Positions 38,098 to 49,469 are shown, numbered from the stretch's first letter. The stretch is DNA of 64,000 nucleotides from Phormidium sp. (GCA_051013385.1 CP143273.1:1184001-1248000); one strand, 5' to 3'. Notes: a model not told the origin generated them from the letters alone. Numbers and translations are program-made.

Positions 38098-41000
38098 CTA
38101 AGCAGTGAAGTATTTCGCAACAGGATGATAAGTAATAATCGCCGTTGTAGACTGTTCAGGATAAAGCTGTTCGCTTTCATCCATAAACAGATTAATTCGT
38201 TCAGTTCCTAACAACTCCAACTGCTTATATTGATCCTGCATATTCGGACAAGCAGGATAACCAAAACTGTAACGAGAACCGCGATATCTTTGCGCCAAAA
38301 TATCACGAATATTATCCGGTTCTTCCCCAGCAAAACCTAACTCCCGGCGAATTCTGGCGTGTACCCATTCCGCCAAAGCTTCCGCAGTTTGCACCGCCAA
38401 ACCATGAAAATACAAATAATCAGTATATTGATTATCTGCAAACAACTTTTGGGCAAACTCCGTCGCAACATTCCCCACAGTCACCGCCTGCATCGGAAAC
38501 ACATCAACCTTCCCACCTTCCACAGGCGCAAAGAAATCAGCAATACACAAACGCCGCCCAGATTTCTGACGCGGAAAATCAAAAGTTGCGATGGGAACCC
38601 CACCCCAACCCTCCCCGTTCACAGGGAGGGAGTTTTCTTGTTCCCCCCTGTTGACGGGGGGGTTAGGGGGGGTAGCCCAATCATAAACTAACAAAGAATT
38701 CCCCTGACTTTGACAAGGGAAATAACCATAAATCAGCTGCGGATGCAACAAATTCTCCTCAACAACTCGCCGCTTCCAATATTCCAAAATCGGGTAAACC
38801 TTTTCATCCAAAAACTGGTCATATTCTTCCCGTGACTGTTCCTTTGGTTTGCGGAATTGCCATTGCCCAGCAATCAAAGCTTGCAAATCCAAATACCCAA
38901 AAACCTCCTCTATTGGTATCTCTTCCGACAGCAAAAGTTGCGTACCCCAAAAAGGCGGAGTCGGACGTTCAATATCAACAGCAACCGCCTCAGAACGCCT
39001 AGTATCAACCTCTTTTACTTCCTCAGATCCAACCTTACCATTAGACTTAGCAGACTTCCCTTCTCTTGTAGGGTGTTCTCTTGTGGGGTAGGCATCCTGC
39101 CTGCCATCTCCCTCATCCAAAAATCCCTTCAAATCATCCCAATTTCCCGCAACTTTCGCAGGCATTAACTTATCCATAAAATGCAAATCCGCAAACGCAT
39201 CCTTGCCGTAAATCACCTTACCTTTGTAAGTATTCTGACAATCTTCATGGACAAACTTCGGAGTTAACGCCGCACCACCTAAAATTACCGGAACTGTGAT
39301 TCCCTTTTCGTTGAAAACCTCCAAATTCTCCTTCATAAAAGCAGTAGATTTTACCAATAAACCACTCATAGCAATGCAATCTGCTTTATGCTGTTCGTAA
39401 GCATCAATGATGTTATCAACTGGTTGCTTAATTCCCAAATTAACCACTTTGTAACCATTATTAGAAAGGATGATATCAACGAGGTTTTTTCCAATATCGT
39501 GAACATCACCTTTCACAGTAGCAATTACCACAGTTCCCTTAGAATTATTGCCAGATTCTTGCTTTTCCATGAAAGGTTCTAAGTAAGCAACTGCTGCTTT
39601 CATTGTTTCCGCAGATTGCAATACGAAAGGTAATTGCATTTGTCCAGAACCAAATAACTCACCGACAACTTTCATGCCATCTAATAAGAAAGTGTTGATG
39701 ATTTCCAAAGGTTTATATTGTTCTAATGCTTTAGCTAAAGCATCTTCTAAACCAATACGTTCGCCGTCGATAATGTGACGTTTCAAACGTTCTTCAACCG
39801 GGAGATTGGCATCCTCAGATCGATCGCGCTTAGTAGTCTTGCCTTCAAACAATGTAGTTAACACCGTCAAAGGATCGTAAACACAAACATCCCCAGCAAA
39901 TTCCCGTTGATTATAAATCAATTTCCGGCAAACTTCTTGATGTTCCGGTTCAATTTTTGCCAAGGGTAAAATCTTACTGGCGCTAACAATTGCCGCATCC
40001 ATTCCCACCGCCATTGCTTCATGCAAAAACATGGAATTGAGCACAACTCTCGCCGCCGGATTTAAACCGAAAGAAACATTAGAAACACCTAAAAGAACAT
40101 GACAACCGGGCAATTCTTCCCGAATGCGACGAATAGATTCAATTGTCGCTTTACCGTTTTCTCGATCTTCTTCAATCCCGGTAGAAATTGGCAATGCTAA
40201 AGTGTCGAAAAAGATTTCTTCCGGTGGGATACCATATTCTACAGCTTGACGATAGGCACGTTGAGCAATTTGGAATTTCTTATCAGCAGTTCGCGCCATT
40301 CCTTCTTCATCAATTGTTCCAATTACTACTCCCGCACCATACTTTTTCGCTAACTCTAAAACCTTAAAGAAACGTTCTTCGCCATCTTCATAGTTAGTCG
40401 AATTAAGTATACATTTACCCCCGGCAACTTTCAGCCCCGCCTCCATTTTTTCCCATTCGGTCGAATCCAACATCAAAGGCAAAGTCACATTTGTTACTAG
40501 CCTTGATGCCAATTCCCGCATATCCCGCACACCATCCCGACCCACGTAATCCACGTTTACATCGAGGACGTGCGCCCCTTCCCGGACTTGGGCTTTCGCC
40601 AAAGCGACCAACCCATCCCAATCTTCAGCGTTCAGCAAGTCACGGCATTTCTTAGAACCGCTAGCATTGAGGCGTTCGCCAACAATCAAAAATGAGTTAT
40701 CTTGCTCGTAAGGTTGTGCAGTATAAATTGATGCTGCGGAATGTTCATAACTAAAATGACGTTGCTTTGGTTGCAGAGTTTGACCAATTTCTGCCAACTG
40801 TGCAATGTGCTCAGGGCGAGTACCGCAACAACCACCAATGACTTGCACACCCCAATCTTCGATAAACTTCATCAACGCCATGCGTAATTCGATCGGCGTA
40901 AGTTTATAATGTGCATGACCGCCAATATTTTCCGGCAACCCGGCGTTAGGAATGCAAGAAACCACGAAGGGCGAACTTTGACAAAGATATTTGATATGTT

Positions 41001-41709
41001 CTGCCATGCGATCGGGCCCTGTTGCACAATTAAGACCTAAAATATCAATAGGGTAAGGTTGCAAAATTGTCAAAACTGCGCTGATGTCAGAACCTACCAG
41101 CATAGTTCCGGTTGTTTCCATTGTCACCGAAACCATGATCGGACGGCGATCGCCTTTTTTGCGAAACACCTCTTCAATGCCATTCAACGCCGCCTTAATT
41201 TGCAGGACATCTTGACAAGTTTCCACAATGAACAAGTCAACGCCACCATCAAAAAGCCCTTCCGCCTGTTCGGTAAAAGCGTTTTTCAATGTGTCAAAAT
41301 CAATATGTCCCAAAGTGGGTAACTTAGTTCCGGGACCCATTGAACCTGCAACAAAACGAGGTTTCTCTGGTGTAGAAAATTCGTTGGCGACACTTTTAGC
41401 AAGTTCAGCAGCAGTTTTGTTGAGATAGTACGCTTTATCCGCCAAATCATATTCTGCCAATACGACAGAAGTTCCGCCAAAAGTATCAGTTTCAATCACA
41501 TCCGCGCCAGCTGCGAGAAAGTCGGCGTGTACTTTAGCGACAGCTTCCGGTTTAGTGTGGACTAAATACTCATTACATCCCTCATATTCTGGCCCTCCAA
41601 AGTCGGCGGCGGTGAGGTTTTGCGTTTGTAAGTTGGTGCCCATTGCGCCATCGAAAACGATGACAGGGCGATCGGGACTGTGAAGACGTTGGAGGAAAGA
41701 ACTACTCAT
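38098..41709 (-). CDS. metH: B12-dependent methionine synthase
   Basis: [38 protein letters not shown]. Confidence 0.97.
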   Translation of the reverse strand: MSSSFLQRLHSPDRPVIVFDGAMGTNLQTQNLTAADFGGPEYEGCNEYLVHTKPEAVAKVHADFLAAGADVIETDTFGGTSVVLAEYDLADKAYYLNKTAAELAKSVANEFSTPEKPRFVAGSMGPGTKLPTLGHIDFDTLKNAFTEQAEGLFDGGVDLFIVETCQDVLQIKAALNGIEEVFRKKGDRRPIMVSVTMETTGTMLVGSDISAVLTILQPYPIDILGLNCATGPDRMAEHIKYLCQSSPFVVSCIPNAGLPENIGGHAHYKLTPIELRMALMKFIEDWGVQVIGGCCGTRPEHIAQLAEIGQTLQPKQRHFSYEHSAASIYTAQPYEQDNSFLIVGERLNASGSKKCRDLLNAEDWDGLVALAKAQVREGAHVLDVNVDYVGRDGVRDMRELASRLVTNVTLPLMLDSTEWEKMEAGLKVAGGKCILNSTNYEDGEERFFKVLELAKKYGAGVVIGTIDEEGMARTADKKFQIAQRAYRQAVEYGIPPEEIFFDTLALPISTGIEEDRENGKATIESIRRIREELPGCHVLLGVSNVSFGLNPAARVVLNSMFLHEAMAVGMDAAIVSASKILPLAKIEPEHQEVCRKLIYNQREFAGDVCVYDPLTVLTTLFEGKTTKRDRSEDANLPVEERLKRHIIDGERIGLEDALAKALEQYKPLEIINTFLLDGMKVVGELFGSGQMQLPFVLQSAETMKAAVAYLEPFMEKQESGNNSKGTVVIATVKGDVHDIGKNLVDIILSNNGYKVVNLGIKQPVDNIIDAYEQHKADCIAMSGLLVKSTAFMKENLEVFNEKGITVPVILGGAALTPKFVHEDCQNTYKGKVIYGKDAFADLHFMDKLMPAKVAGNWDDLKGFLDEGDGRQDAYPTREHPTREGKSAKSNGKVGSEEVKEVDTRRSEAVAVDIERPTPPFWGTQLLLSEEIPIEEVFGYLDLQALIAGQWQFRKPKEQSREEYDQFLDEKVYPILEYWKRRVVEENLLHPQLIYGYFPCQSQGNSLLVYDWATPPNPPVNRGEQENSLPVNGEGWGGVPIATFDFPRQKSGRRLCIADFFAPVEGGKVDVFPMQAVTVGNVATEFAQKLFADNQYTDYLYFHGLAVQTAEALAEWVHARIRRELGFAGEEPDNIRDILAQRYRGSRYSFGYPACPNMQDQYKQLELLGTERINLFMDESEQLYPEQSTTAIITYHPVAKYFTA

Positions 41710-41903
41710 AATATAAACTAAGAGGTTTGCCAGATTAAGATATAACGCTTAATCTATTTTGCAAAATTATTGAGTACAGGAGCAATAGCAAAAATGAATC
41801 TGCAAACACTCTCTCTTATGATAAAGAAAAAATGTGATCGCACAGAGCGATCACCGAAAAAATTGGCAGATGAAAAAAGATAGAAAGATATCGCCCTGTA
41901 ATA

Positions 41904-42143
41904 CTATTCAACCTTATGTGCTCTGCCAATGCTGGATTTAAGGCCATTTTTGGGATTGTTTATAGTCTCCCAATTATTCCCATTATGAGTGATTAAGACT
42001 TCCTGACCTGTAGTACAATCTATACTATAGTAGTACCACACAAAAAAGCGAGTACCAGTATTATTTTTTACTAGTGCCTTATAGTATGGGTATTCCAATC
42101 CAAATGTCTGAACGACTTGAAAGGACTCAGTTACAGTAGCCAT
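41904..42143 (-). CDS. Small beta-rich hypothetical protein
   Basis: 79 aa with GAGGGT RBS. Confidence 0.65.
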   Translation of the reverse strand: MATVTESFQVVQTFGLEYPYYKALVKNNTGTRFFVWYYYSIDCTTGQEVLITHNGNNWETINNPKNGLKSSIGRAHKVE

Positions 42144-42231
42144 CAGATTACCCTCTTGGAAATTAAGTTTTGTTTTTTCTGAATTAACGAAGATTTACCT
42201 TCCCCAGAATTACTCTTGGAGTGGGTGCTAA

Positions 42232-42280
42232 AGAAACTGCCGAAGTGATGAACTAGGGTCTGCTATCTTCGGCAGTTTCT
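42232..42280 (-). terminator. 14-bp stem-loop downstream of 42292-42540
   Basis: AGAAACTGCCGAAG...CTTCGGCAGTTTCT. Confidence 0.6.
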
Positions 42281-42291
42281 CTACTGAGAAC

Positions 42292-42540
42292 TTATATCAC
42301 TGTTCGGTTCTTGTTGTACCGCCAGAGCCACCACAGCCCTATACCTGCGCCAGCGGAAAGAGCGACTATAGCTACAAAAGGTGCAACAGCAACTGCTGTC
42401 GCTGTTGCCCCACTGCTAGTAATAGTTACGACACCAACACCGTTTGTGGCTGTTGCCAATATGCTTGCTCCTGCGGAAGCGGCGTTAGCAATAGAAACTG
42501 CCGCGCCACTATTATTAGCAAGATTTGTCATCTTAGTCAT
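42292..42540 (-). CDS. Small Ala/Gly-rich hydrophobic peptide with C-terminal TM and basic tail
   Basis: 82 aa, GGGAG RBS; ends APFVAIVALSAGAGIGLWWLWRYNKNRTVI. Confidence 0.75.
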   Translation of the reverse strand: MTKMTNLANNSGAAVSIANAASAGASILATATNGVGVVTITSSGATATAVAVAPFVAIVALSAGAGIGLWWLWRYNKNRTVI

Positions 42541-42653
42541 GGTATTAATCTCCCTATTTTAATAGGCGAAATTGTTATTGAAAAGCCAGTTAATTTAGTA
42601 TCAATTAACTTAAAACTTTCCCTTTTAATATAGCGATTAACTTTTAGTTTAAA

Positions 42654-42743
42654 GTTAACTTTCGTTAGAATTTATCGTTAAGGAATATTAGAAATTATAT
42701 TAAAATTTTTGTTAGCAATTCGTTAACTGTTAGCAGAACGTTA
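42654..42743. promoter_or_regulatory. About 11-bp phased (C)GTTA direct repeats
   Basis: GTTA at 42654, 42664, 42677, 42711, 42722, 42729, 42740; ATTA at 42687 and 42699. Confidence 0.5.
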
Positions 42744-42877
42744 CAGGAGGCTACCAATCTAACACAGAACATTTGGATAAAAAGACAAGTAAAACAACCT
42801 ACCTATCTGCTTTCTATGCAAATTTATACCGAAGCGGGATTATACTATGGTTAATACCTTTGAGACATCGCACAACT

Positions 42878-45319
42878 ATGATGGATGAGAAACAAGAGGA
42901 GCCATTCTCTGAGGCTAAAAAAGATTGGCAACTAGAATCTTTGTATAAGGATTTAGCACAAACCCAAGCCAGAAAAGGAAAAGGGCTTAGAGAAACGGAG
43001 AAGGAGTTTTTGAGAGGACTACTTGTTGGCAAATGTCCAAAAAATATAGCTGAGAAGGTATACGCCGGATCAGGCTCGGTCAGAGTGACCCTCTCTAGGG
43101 ATGTGTACCCAGCGATCAAAGAAATATGTGATTTAGAGAAAGACGCAGATATAAGATGGAATTATATACCTAGCTTGTTGGAAAAAAAGTACAGACAAAC
43201 CCAAAGATTAGTAGGGGCAATCTCTACTACGCAAAAAGATGAGGAAGCAATAGAAATATCGGACAATAGTTCAGAGGTAACAACATCCAAAAATCCTAAC
43301 TTTGTCGGCAGAGAAGACGCGATCGCAGACCTCAACAGACTCCGCCAAGAAGGTGCAAAAGTGATTGTTATCCAAGGTAAGGGCGGTGTTGGTAAAACAA
43401 CTTTGGCCGATCGATTTTTGCACACGCAAGGCTTTGATTTAGTTCTGACTCTTCGGATGGCAAAGGAAAAGGAACATATCCCTGCTGTGGAGAGCGTGAT
43501 TGAAGGATGGCTTAGGCAGGCGCAGAAAGAACCCGGACAAGAGTTTTGGGAGATGCGGAGGCGGCTGGAAGAACTACTTCAAACTCGCAGAGTTGGAGTG
43601 TTGATCGATAACCTCGAACCCGCGCTTGATAGAGAAGGTAGGTTTATTGAACCTCATGACCTTTATGCAGATTTGTTGTCTGTTTTGGCGGCTTCAACCA
43701 AGCAGTCAGTCACGCTAATTACCAGCCGTGCTCGCTTATGTGACGAGCGTGTAGAAAATATTGAGCATTATCTTTTGCCCGGATTAGACGTGCAGGCATG
43801 GCAACAGTTTTTTAGCAGCCGCAACATTAAAATAGATGCTCGGACTTTGGAGAAGATGCAAGAGGTTTATGGAGGTAATGCCAAAGCAATGGGTATTCTC
43901 TGCGGTGCTATTCGGCAGGACTTTGATAGAGACATGGCAGCTTATTGGCAACAAAATAGCTGCGATCCATTGGTTAAAAAAGACTTAAAAAATTTAGTCA
44001 CCCAACAGTTCAACCGTCTGCAAGAAATTGACCCCGAAGCTTATAAGCTCCTATGTCGTCTAGGATGTTTTAGGTATCAAGACGTGCGGAAAGTTACGTT
44101 TGAGGGATTGTTGTGTTTACTGTGGGATGTAGCAGAATTGCACCCTGAACGCATCATAGAATCATTGCGAAATCGGTCTTTAGTAGAGTGCCAAAATGGA
44201 GAGTATTGGCTGCATCCAGTGATTCAAACAGAGGCAATAGATAGAATTAAAAATAATCAAGAAGAATGGGAAAAAGTAAACTGCACCGCAGCCGATTATT
44301 GGACTAGAAGCGTTGAAACCGTTGAAACGGACGAACAGGCAACAAGAGCATTAGAATCTTATTATCATTATGTACAAATAGGCCAATTTGACTTGGCTGC
44401 TGAGGTAATCTTAAACCCAAGAAAAAATAGATTTATTGAATGGGAAAAGGAATTACTTGGCCAATCACTTTACAGATTGGGCGCATTAGAAAAAGTTACT
44501 ACTCTAATTGAAAATATTATTCAAAAGTCCGAAAAAATCGATACCATTTCTTTAGGTAGAGTTTATTACATACTAGGTGCAGTGTTTATCTTAAGAGGCA
44601 AGCTTAAAGAAGCGATGGAATATTTTTCTAAGGCTGAAATAATAGCAAATGAAAATAAATTTAAGGAATTAATCATAGATGCTGGGATTACAATTGGTTT
44701 TTGCTGGAAATATATGGGCGAACTAGAACTAGCTAGAGAAAAGTTCCACCAAGTTTTAGAAATCATTAGCGAAGCTAGTAATTATCGTGGAGACACAGTA
44801 TGCTGCTGGTGTTTATTGGCCTTTTTGTATTCATCATTGAATAATGAAGGATCAGCACGTAGCTTTGCCAACTTAGCTGAGCTAGCGTTCGATCAAGTGA
44901 TTCATAGAACTGTATATAGAAAAGGTTCTGCACTTTTGTACTTAGGCACAGCTTATAAAAATTTAAGAGATTTTGAAAAAGCATCAAAAAAGTATAAAAT
45001 GGCAGAAAAATTTGCAGAAGAGGCCAACTGCAAACAAATAATAGCTAAAGCTTTAAATGGCTTAGCAGAAATTGAGCGAGAACAAGAAGACTTTGAAAAA
45101 GCACTTTCAAAGCACAAAAACGCCATAGATATCGCTCAAGAAATATATGCAACAGGTGATCTAGCTGAATCTTACTATCAACAGGGGTTAACTTACCAAA
45201 AAATGGGTAATTTAGAGCAAAGTAGGAAAGATTTTGAATATGCAATTAAACTATATCAGAAAATGGACGTTCCTAAGCAACTTGAGAAAGTGCAACAAGC
45301 AATGGAAATGGGAGTATGA
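42878..45319 (+). CDS. HTH-like + NB-ARC (STAND) + TPR protein
   Basis: FVGRE, Walker A GKGGVGKT, Walker B VLIDNLE, LITSR, LHPVI, C-terminal TPRs. Likely start 42878 or 42881. Confidence 0.9.
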   Translation: MMDEKQEEPFSEAKKDWQLESLYKDLAQTQARKGKGLRETEKEFLRGLLVGKCPKNIAEKVYAGSGSVRVTLSRDVYPAIKEICDLEKDADIRWNYIPSLLEKKYRQTQRLVGAISTTQKDEEAIEISDNSSEVTTSKNPNFVGREDAIADLNRLRQEGAKVIVIQGKGGVGKTTLADRFLHTQGFDLVLTLRMAKEKEHIPAVESVIEGWLRQAQKEPGQEFWEMRRRLEELLQTRRVGVLIDNLEPALDREGRFIEPHDLYADLLSVLAASTKQSVTLITSRARLCDERVENIEHYLLPGLDVQAWQQFFSSRNIKIDARTLEKMQEVYGGNAKAMGILCGAIRQDFDRDMAAYWQQNSCDPLVKKDLKNLVTQQFNRLQEIDPEAYKLLCRLGCFRYQDVRKVTFEGLLCLLWDVAELHPERIIESLRNRSLVECQNGEYWLHPVIQTEAIDRIKNNQEEWEKVNCTAADYWTRSVETVETDEQATRALESYYHYVQIGQFDLAAEVILNPRKNRFIEWEKELLGQSLYRLGALEKVTTLIENIIQKSEKIDTISLGRVYYILGAVFILRGKLKEAMEYFSKAEIIANENKFKELIIDAGITIGFCWKYMGELELAREKFHQVLEIISEASNYRGDTVCCWCLLAFLYSSLNNEGSARSFANLAELAFDQVIHRTVYRKGSALLYLGTAYKNLRDFEKASKKYKMAEKFAEEANCKQIIAKALNGLAEIEREQEDFEKALSKHKNAIDIAQEIYATGDLAESYYQQGLTYQKMGNLEQSRKDFEYAIKLYQKMDVPKQLEKVQQAMEMGV

Positions 45320-45464
45320 GCAGTTGCGATCGCATTTTCCCAATTTCTAGCGGTAATCTTGTTAAATACTTTAGTCGTTAACAAGACTGCAATATTATAA
45401 AATTTACAAAAAAGAGCGATCATAAGATCGCTCTTTCCCCAAAAAATCATCAACAAAAAACCGA

Positions 45465-46451
45465 TTAATTAACTTTAGCTACAGCAGCTAACATCTCCTT
45501 CGCTTGGTGAACATTTTGGCGCACAGATTCCGCTGAAATATGCAAAGCCGAAAGTTCTGCTTCTGTGAGATTCAACTCCACAATACTTTCCACACCTGCA
45601 CATCCCAAACGGCAAGGAACGCCAATATAAATGTCATTTAAACCATATTCACCTTGCAGATAAGCGCAAGCGGGAACTACACGCGACTGGTTATACAAAA
45701 TTGACTCTACCATTAAACAAGTAGCAGAAGCCGGAGCAAAATATGCACTTCCAGTTCGCATTAATTCCACAATTTCTGCGCCGCCGTTGCGCGTTCTTTT
45801 AATTAACCGTTCAATGGTTTCTGGCTCCATGATTTCGGTAATTGGCACGCCACTAACGGTAGAATAGCGAGGTAAAGGAACCATTAAATCCCCGTGTCCT
45901 CCTAATACCGTTGTGGTAATATTAGTAATGGCAACTCCTAACTCCATTGCGATAAAAGTTTGGAATCTGGCTGAATCTAAAACTCCTGCCATTCCCATTA
46001 CTCGACGACTAGGAAGTCCACTAGCTTGCCATGCCAAATAAGTCATCACATCTAGGGGATTGGTGACTACAATCAAAATGGCGTTTGGGGAATGTGCGAT
46101 CGCTCTTTGCGTCGCTTCCACTACAATTTGAGCATTAGTTCGCATCAAATCATCACGAGTCATCCCCGGTTTGCGCGGAATTCCCGCAGTAATCACCACA
46201 ACATCGGAATTTGCCGTATCTGCGTAATCATTCGTGCCAATAATTTCACAGTCGTGCTGTTCTAAACCCCTCGCTTGGGTTAAATCTAACGCAATACCTT
46301 GAGGCATCCCCGCCACTATATCCAGCAACACCACATCCGCTAAATTTTTCTCAGCAATGCGCTGCGCCAGAGTACTACCAACTTTACCCGCACCAATAAC
46401 GGTGACACGAGTAGAAGCGCAAAGAGGCAGGGAGGAAGAAAATTTAATCAT
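45465..46451 (-). CDS. mdh: Malate dehydrogenase
   Basis: [39 protein letters not shown]. Confidence 0.95.
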   Translation of the reverse strand: MIKFSSSLPLCASTRVTVIGAGKVGSTLAQRIAEKNLADVVLLDIVAGMPQGIALDLTQARGLEQHDCEIIGTNDYADTANSDVVVITAGIPRKPGMTRDDLMRTNAQIVVEATQRAIAHSPNAILIVVTNPLDVMTYLAWQASGLPSRRVMGMAGVLDSARFQTFIAMELGVAITNITTTVLGGHGDLMVPLPRYSTVSGVPITEIMEPETIERLIKRTRNGGAEIVELMRTGSAYFAPASATCLMVESILYNQSRVVPACAYLQGEYGLNDIYIGVPCRLGCAGVESIVELNLTEAELSALHISAESVRQNVHQAKEMLAAVAKVN

Positions 46452-46663
46452 TTTGCAGATTCTAGCTGATCTAAACGCAGCCAGATATTAGGGGTGGGTA
46501 CTTGCCCGAACTTCACTAGAGCATAATCGTTTCGTAAGTCTACAACTTCCCCTTTAGTTTCAAACATATAACTGGGAAAGCGAGTATCACTAGCTTTCGC
46601 TTCTAGACTATTCTCTAATTTTTCCCGGACGGCGTAGACTAAATCACCTTTTTTGATTGCCAT
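46448..46663 (-). CDS. ndhO: NDH-1 subunit O
   Basis: [35 protein letters not shown]. Confidence 0.95.
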   Translation of the reverse strand: MAIKKGDLVYAVREKLENSLEAKASDTRFPSYMFETKGEVVDLRNDYALVKFGQVPTPNIWLRLDQLESAK

Positions 46664-46784
46664 AATTTGCTCGCTTTGTCTCTGAGTCTCTTATATAAAG
46701 AATTATCAGCTACAGCAAGCATCTGTCACAAGTTATAGGCAAGGTTTTGGATTTTAGATTGAGAAGCGATATTGTTTTACTCAC

Positions 46785-46955
46785 ATCTTGCACCTGTCGT
46801 TTTAGCCCACCCGGAAATCAATTTCCGGGCTAATAGCTTAAGTCCATTAAAATGGACTGAAAGCCTTTGACTCTAAGCATTTAGTCCTCTGAAGAGGACT
46901 TTCGCTATTAGCCTGCGAATTGATTCGCAGGCGGATGTTGGGACTAATGCAAGAT
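46785..46955. mobile_element. MITE-like composite inverted repeat (half copy at 37215-37269)
   Basis: Mirror-arranged hairpins with termini ATCTTGCA...TGCAAGAT; the right half recurs at 37.2 kb. Confidence 0.65.
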
Positions 46956-46998
46956 TTGAATTGTACCAACTCCCCATTACCCATTACCCACTACCACT

Positions 46999-47835
46999 TT
47001 AACTTTGACATTCTGGGCAAAAATGGGATGATCGTCCCGCTAATCTTATTCTTCCCAAAACACTGCCACAAATTTTACATGGTTCACCATTTCGGTTATA
47101 AACCCAAGCTACCCCACCATAGTTTCCGTTGATCCCCTGTACATTGAGGAAATTACTAAAAGTAGTTCCTCCCGCCTCTATACTCGTTTGCAAAACTTGG
47201 ATTATCGCCTCGCGCAACCGAGAAATTTGCTCTTTACTCAAGGCTGTACACAAAGTCGTAGGGCTAATTTTACTGAAAAACAAGGCTTCATCGGCGTAAA
47301 TATTGCCAATCCCAGCGATCAACTCTTGATCTAACAAGGCAGTTTTAATCGGTCGTCGGCGATTTTTCAGCTTTTCTACTAAATACTCTACAGAAAATTC
47401 TGGGTCAAAGGGATCGGGCCCAAGTTTTTTTACCCCGGAAATTACGCTTTCTGGAGTTTCGTTGGCTGGTATCCACCACATTTTCCCGAAAGTCCGCTGA
47501 TCTACAAAACGTAATTCTTGATTTTGGGCAAAAAACAGTCTGACTCTGGTGTGTTTCTGCAAAGGTTCATCTTGCTTTAACCATAATAATTGCCCAGTCA
47601 TTCGCAAATGAACGCCTAACCAACCAAAACCCGGACTTAGTTCAGCTAATAAATATTTGCCCTTTCGGTGCCATTGAATTATTTTACTGCCCTTTAATCC
47701 GGCTAAGAAATTATTAATTGAGGAGGGATGAGCGATCGTCCTCGCCAATAACACATCTCCCCCCTCGATTTGCTGATTTTGGGTCAATTCATTTAGACCC
47801 CTTTTTACTGTTTCAACTTCAGGCAGTTCTGGCAC
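46999..47835 (-). CDS. mutM: Formamidopyrimidine-DNA glycosylase
   Basis: MPELPEVE, HLRMTG, GIGNIYADE, C-terminal zinc finger. Confidence 0.97.
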   Translation of the reverse strand: MPELPEVETVKRGLNELTQNQQIEGGDVLLARTIAHPSSINNFLAGLKGSKIIQWHRKGKYLLAELSPGFGWLGVHLRMTGQLLWLKQDEPLQKHTRVRLFFAQNQELRFVDQRTFGKMWWIPANETPESVISGVKKLGPDPFDPEFSVEYLVEKLKNRRRPIKTALLDQELIAGIGNIYADEALFFSKISPTTLCTALSKEQISRLREAIIQVLQTSIEAGGTTFSNFLNVQGINGNYGGVAWVYNRNGEPCKICGSVLGRIRLAGRSSHFCPECQS

Positions 47836-47838
47836 AAT

Positions 47839-48210
47839 TTAACGCTTTTCTGTTCCTTGATTTCCGCCGCCTTCTACTAGAGGATCGCCACTTCCTGATT
47901 CTTGTTCAGCAGTCCGCTTACCACTAGTAGGAGTAGCAACACTGGTTTTACGCTTGCTTTCATCGATCGGCGTTGAGTAAGCTGCCGATTTCATGTCTTT
48001 TCTGGATTCAATTTCTGACGGTGGAACCTGTATCAATTCGCTTTCGGCAAAATTGTTAGTGTTCACACCTGCATAATTGATCCGTTCAAAGCGAACAATC
48101 ACAGGATATTTTATCCCACTTTGATCCACTGTAGCAACTGTACCGACATCTTGAAACCAGTAAGATTCTTTCCGCATTATTCTTACTCGATCGCCACGTT
48201 TAATAGCCAT
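47839..48210 (-). CDS. psaE: PsaE paralogue with long C-terminal extension
   Basis: [38 protein letters not shown] plus about 60 aa polar tail. Confidence 0.9.
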   Translation of the reverse strand: MAIKRGDRVRIMRKESYWFQDVGTVATVDQSGIKYPVIVRFERINYAGVNTNNFAESELIQVPPSEIESRKDMKSAAYSTPIDESKRKTSVATPTSGKRTAEQESGSGDPLVEGGGNQGTEKR

Positions 48211-48654
48211 GAAACTTTTTCCTTTAACACAGTGTATATTCAAACTTACTGGCTGAGTAATTGGTAACAATAGTACCTAAAGATAGAGGTGACTTTCATA
48301 CTGTAGATAGATCTTCTAATTAGGATTAAATCTTAGGATTAAGTTACTTTTAGGGCTGCTATCAGACTTTTCCTTTAGTCGTTGTTGCTCTCACAGGAAG
48401 TGCTTTTGATTGCTTAAATAGGGCTGCTACAGTAAAGAGGGTAAAACTGTATTAATTACCTAATAAGTTTCACCCTCTCCTACCGATTGAGTCAATTTTG
48501 CAGACTGGATTAATTGATTTTTCGTCTAGGCAGGGTAGCAGAAATCACTAATCCGTTGAAAAAAGGTAAAAAGGTGAACAGACCAGCCTTTTTTCCTCCT
48601 GCTTTCTTGCATTAGACAGTTTCGCTGTCCCAAACTAAACTCAGCTAACCTTGA

Positions 48655-48900
48655 TTACTTAGCAGCTGCTTTAGCTTTGGGTGCTGGTGATTCAACTTCC
48701 TCTAGTTCGCTGAGGGCAAAGTTATTGGTGTTAACGCCACCAGAGTTGCCACTGTAGCCGTTGTAGTTAACTTTCTCGAAGCGAACAATTACTGGAAATT
48801 TGATTCCACTTTGGTCGATGGAAGCAACAGTCCCAATGTCTTGATACCAGTAGGACTCTTTACGGAGAACTCGTACCTTAGATCCACGTTGAATCGCCAT
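48655..48900 (-). CDS. psaE: Photosystem I subunit IV
   Basis: [36 protein letters not shown]. Confidence 0.96.
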   Translation of the reverse strand: MAIQRGSKVRVLRKESYWYQDIGTVASIDQSGIKFPVIVRFEKVNYNGYSGNSGGVNTNNFALSELEEVESPAPKAKAAAK

Positions 48901-49196
48901 ATTTGTGTTTTCCCTTTCGAGATAATGCAAATGATTGCCTAATTGCTTTTCAGAGTACTACTCCAGAGGTACTTCCCGTAAGCTACTGGATTTTAAGTTT
49001 TGTTAATAATCTCGCCACTGTAGGCGAACGAAAAGGGCTGTATTTCCCGCTGTTAGGGGATTACAGGGAATGTTTGCGATCGCCAAATTGTTTAAACTGT
49101 AAATCATCCTCCTTTGGAAAAGCACAAGGAAAGGGAAATAACTCACCACTTATTCCCCTTTCCCCATTCCCCATGCCCTGTTGCCTTTCTTAGTGT

Positions 49197-49469
49197 TTAA
49201 ATAGCTTCATCCCCTGGCGGTGGCAAAATGCAACAGTTGACTTCATCAATACACACTTTACCCCACTGCAAAGCCCAACGTACCAGTGCTACCCGGTTTT
49301 CGGTTTTGGTCTTCTCCAGGATGTTGCTAATGTGATTATCAACCGTCCGCTTGCTGATTTGCAGCTTTTCGGCTATTTTCTCATTAGTTAAGCCATCGGC
49401 GACTAACTCTATGATTTGTAATTCTCTATCGGAGAGAGACGCATCAGTTCCAGATACCGGACTAGTCAT
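49197..49469 (-). CDS. pedR: LuxR-type redox regulator PedR
   Basis: LSDRELQII..ISKRTVDNHISNI..WALQWGKVC...NCC. Confidence 0.88.
   Translation of the reverse strand: MTSPVSGTDASLSDRELQIIELVADGLTNEKIAEKLQISKRTVDNHISNILEKTKTENRVALVRWALQWGKVCIDEVNCCILPPPGDEAI

Noticed and set aside
38359..41495. Many short ORFs overlapping metH (and similar ones over other long genes)
   Set aside because: Antisense or out-of-frame shadows with no motifs.
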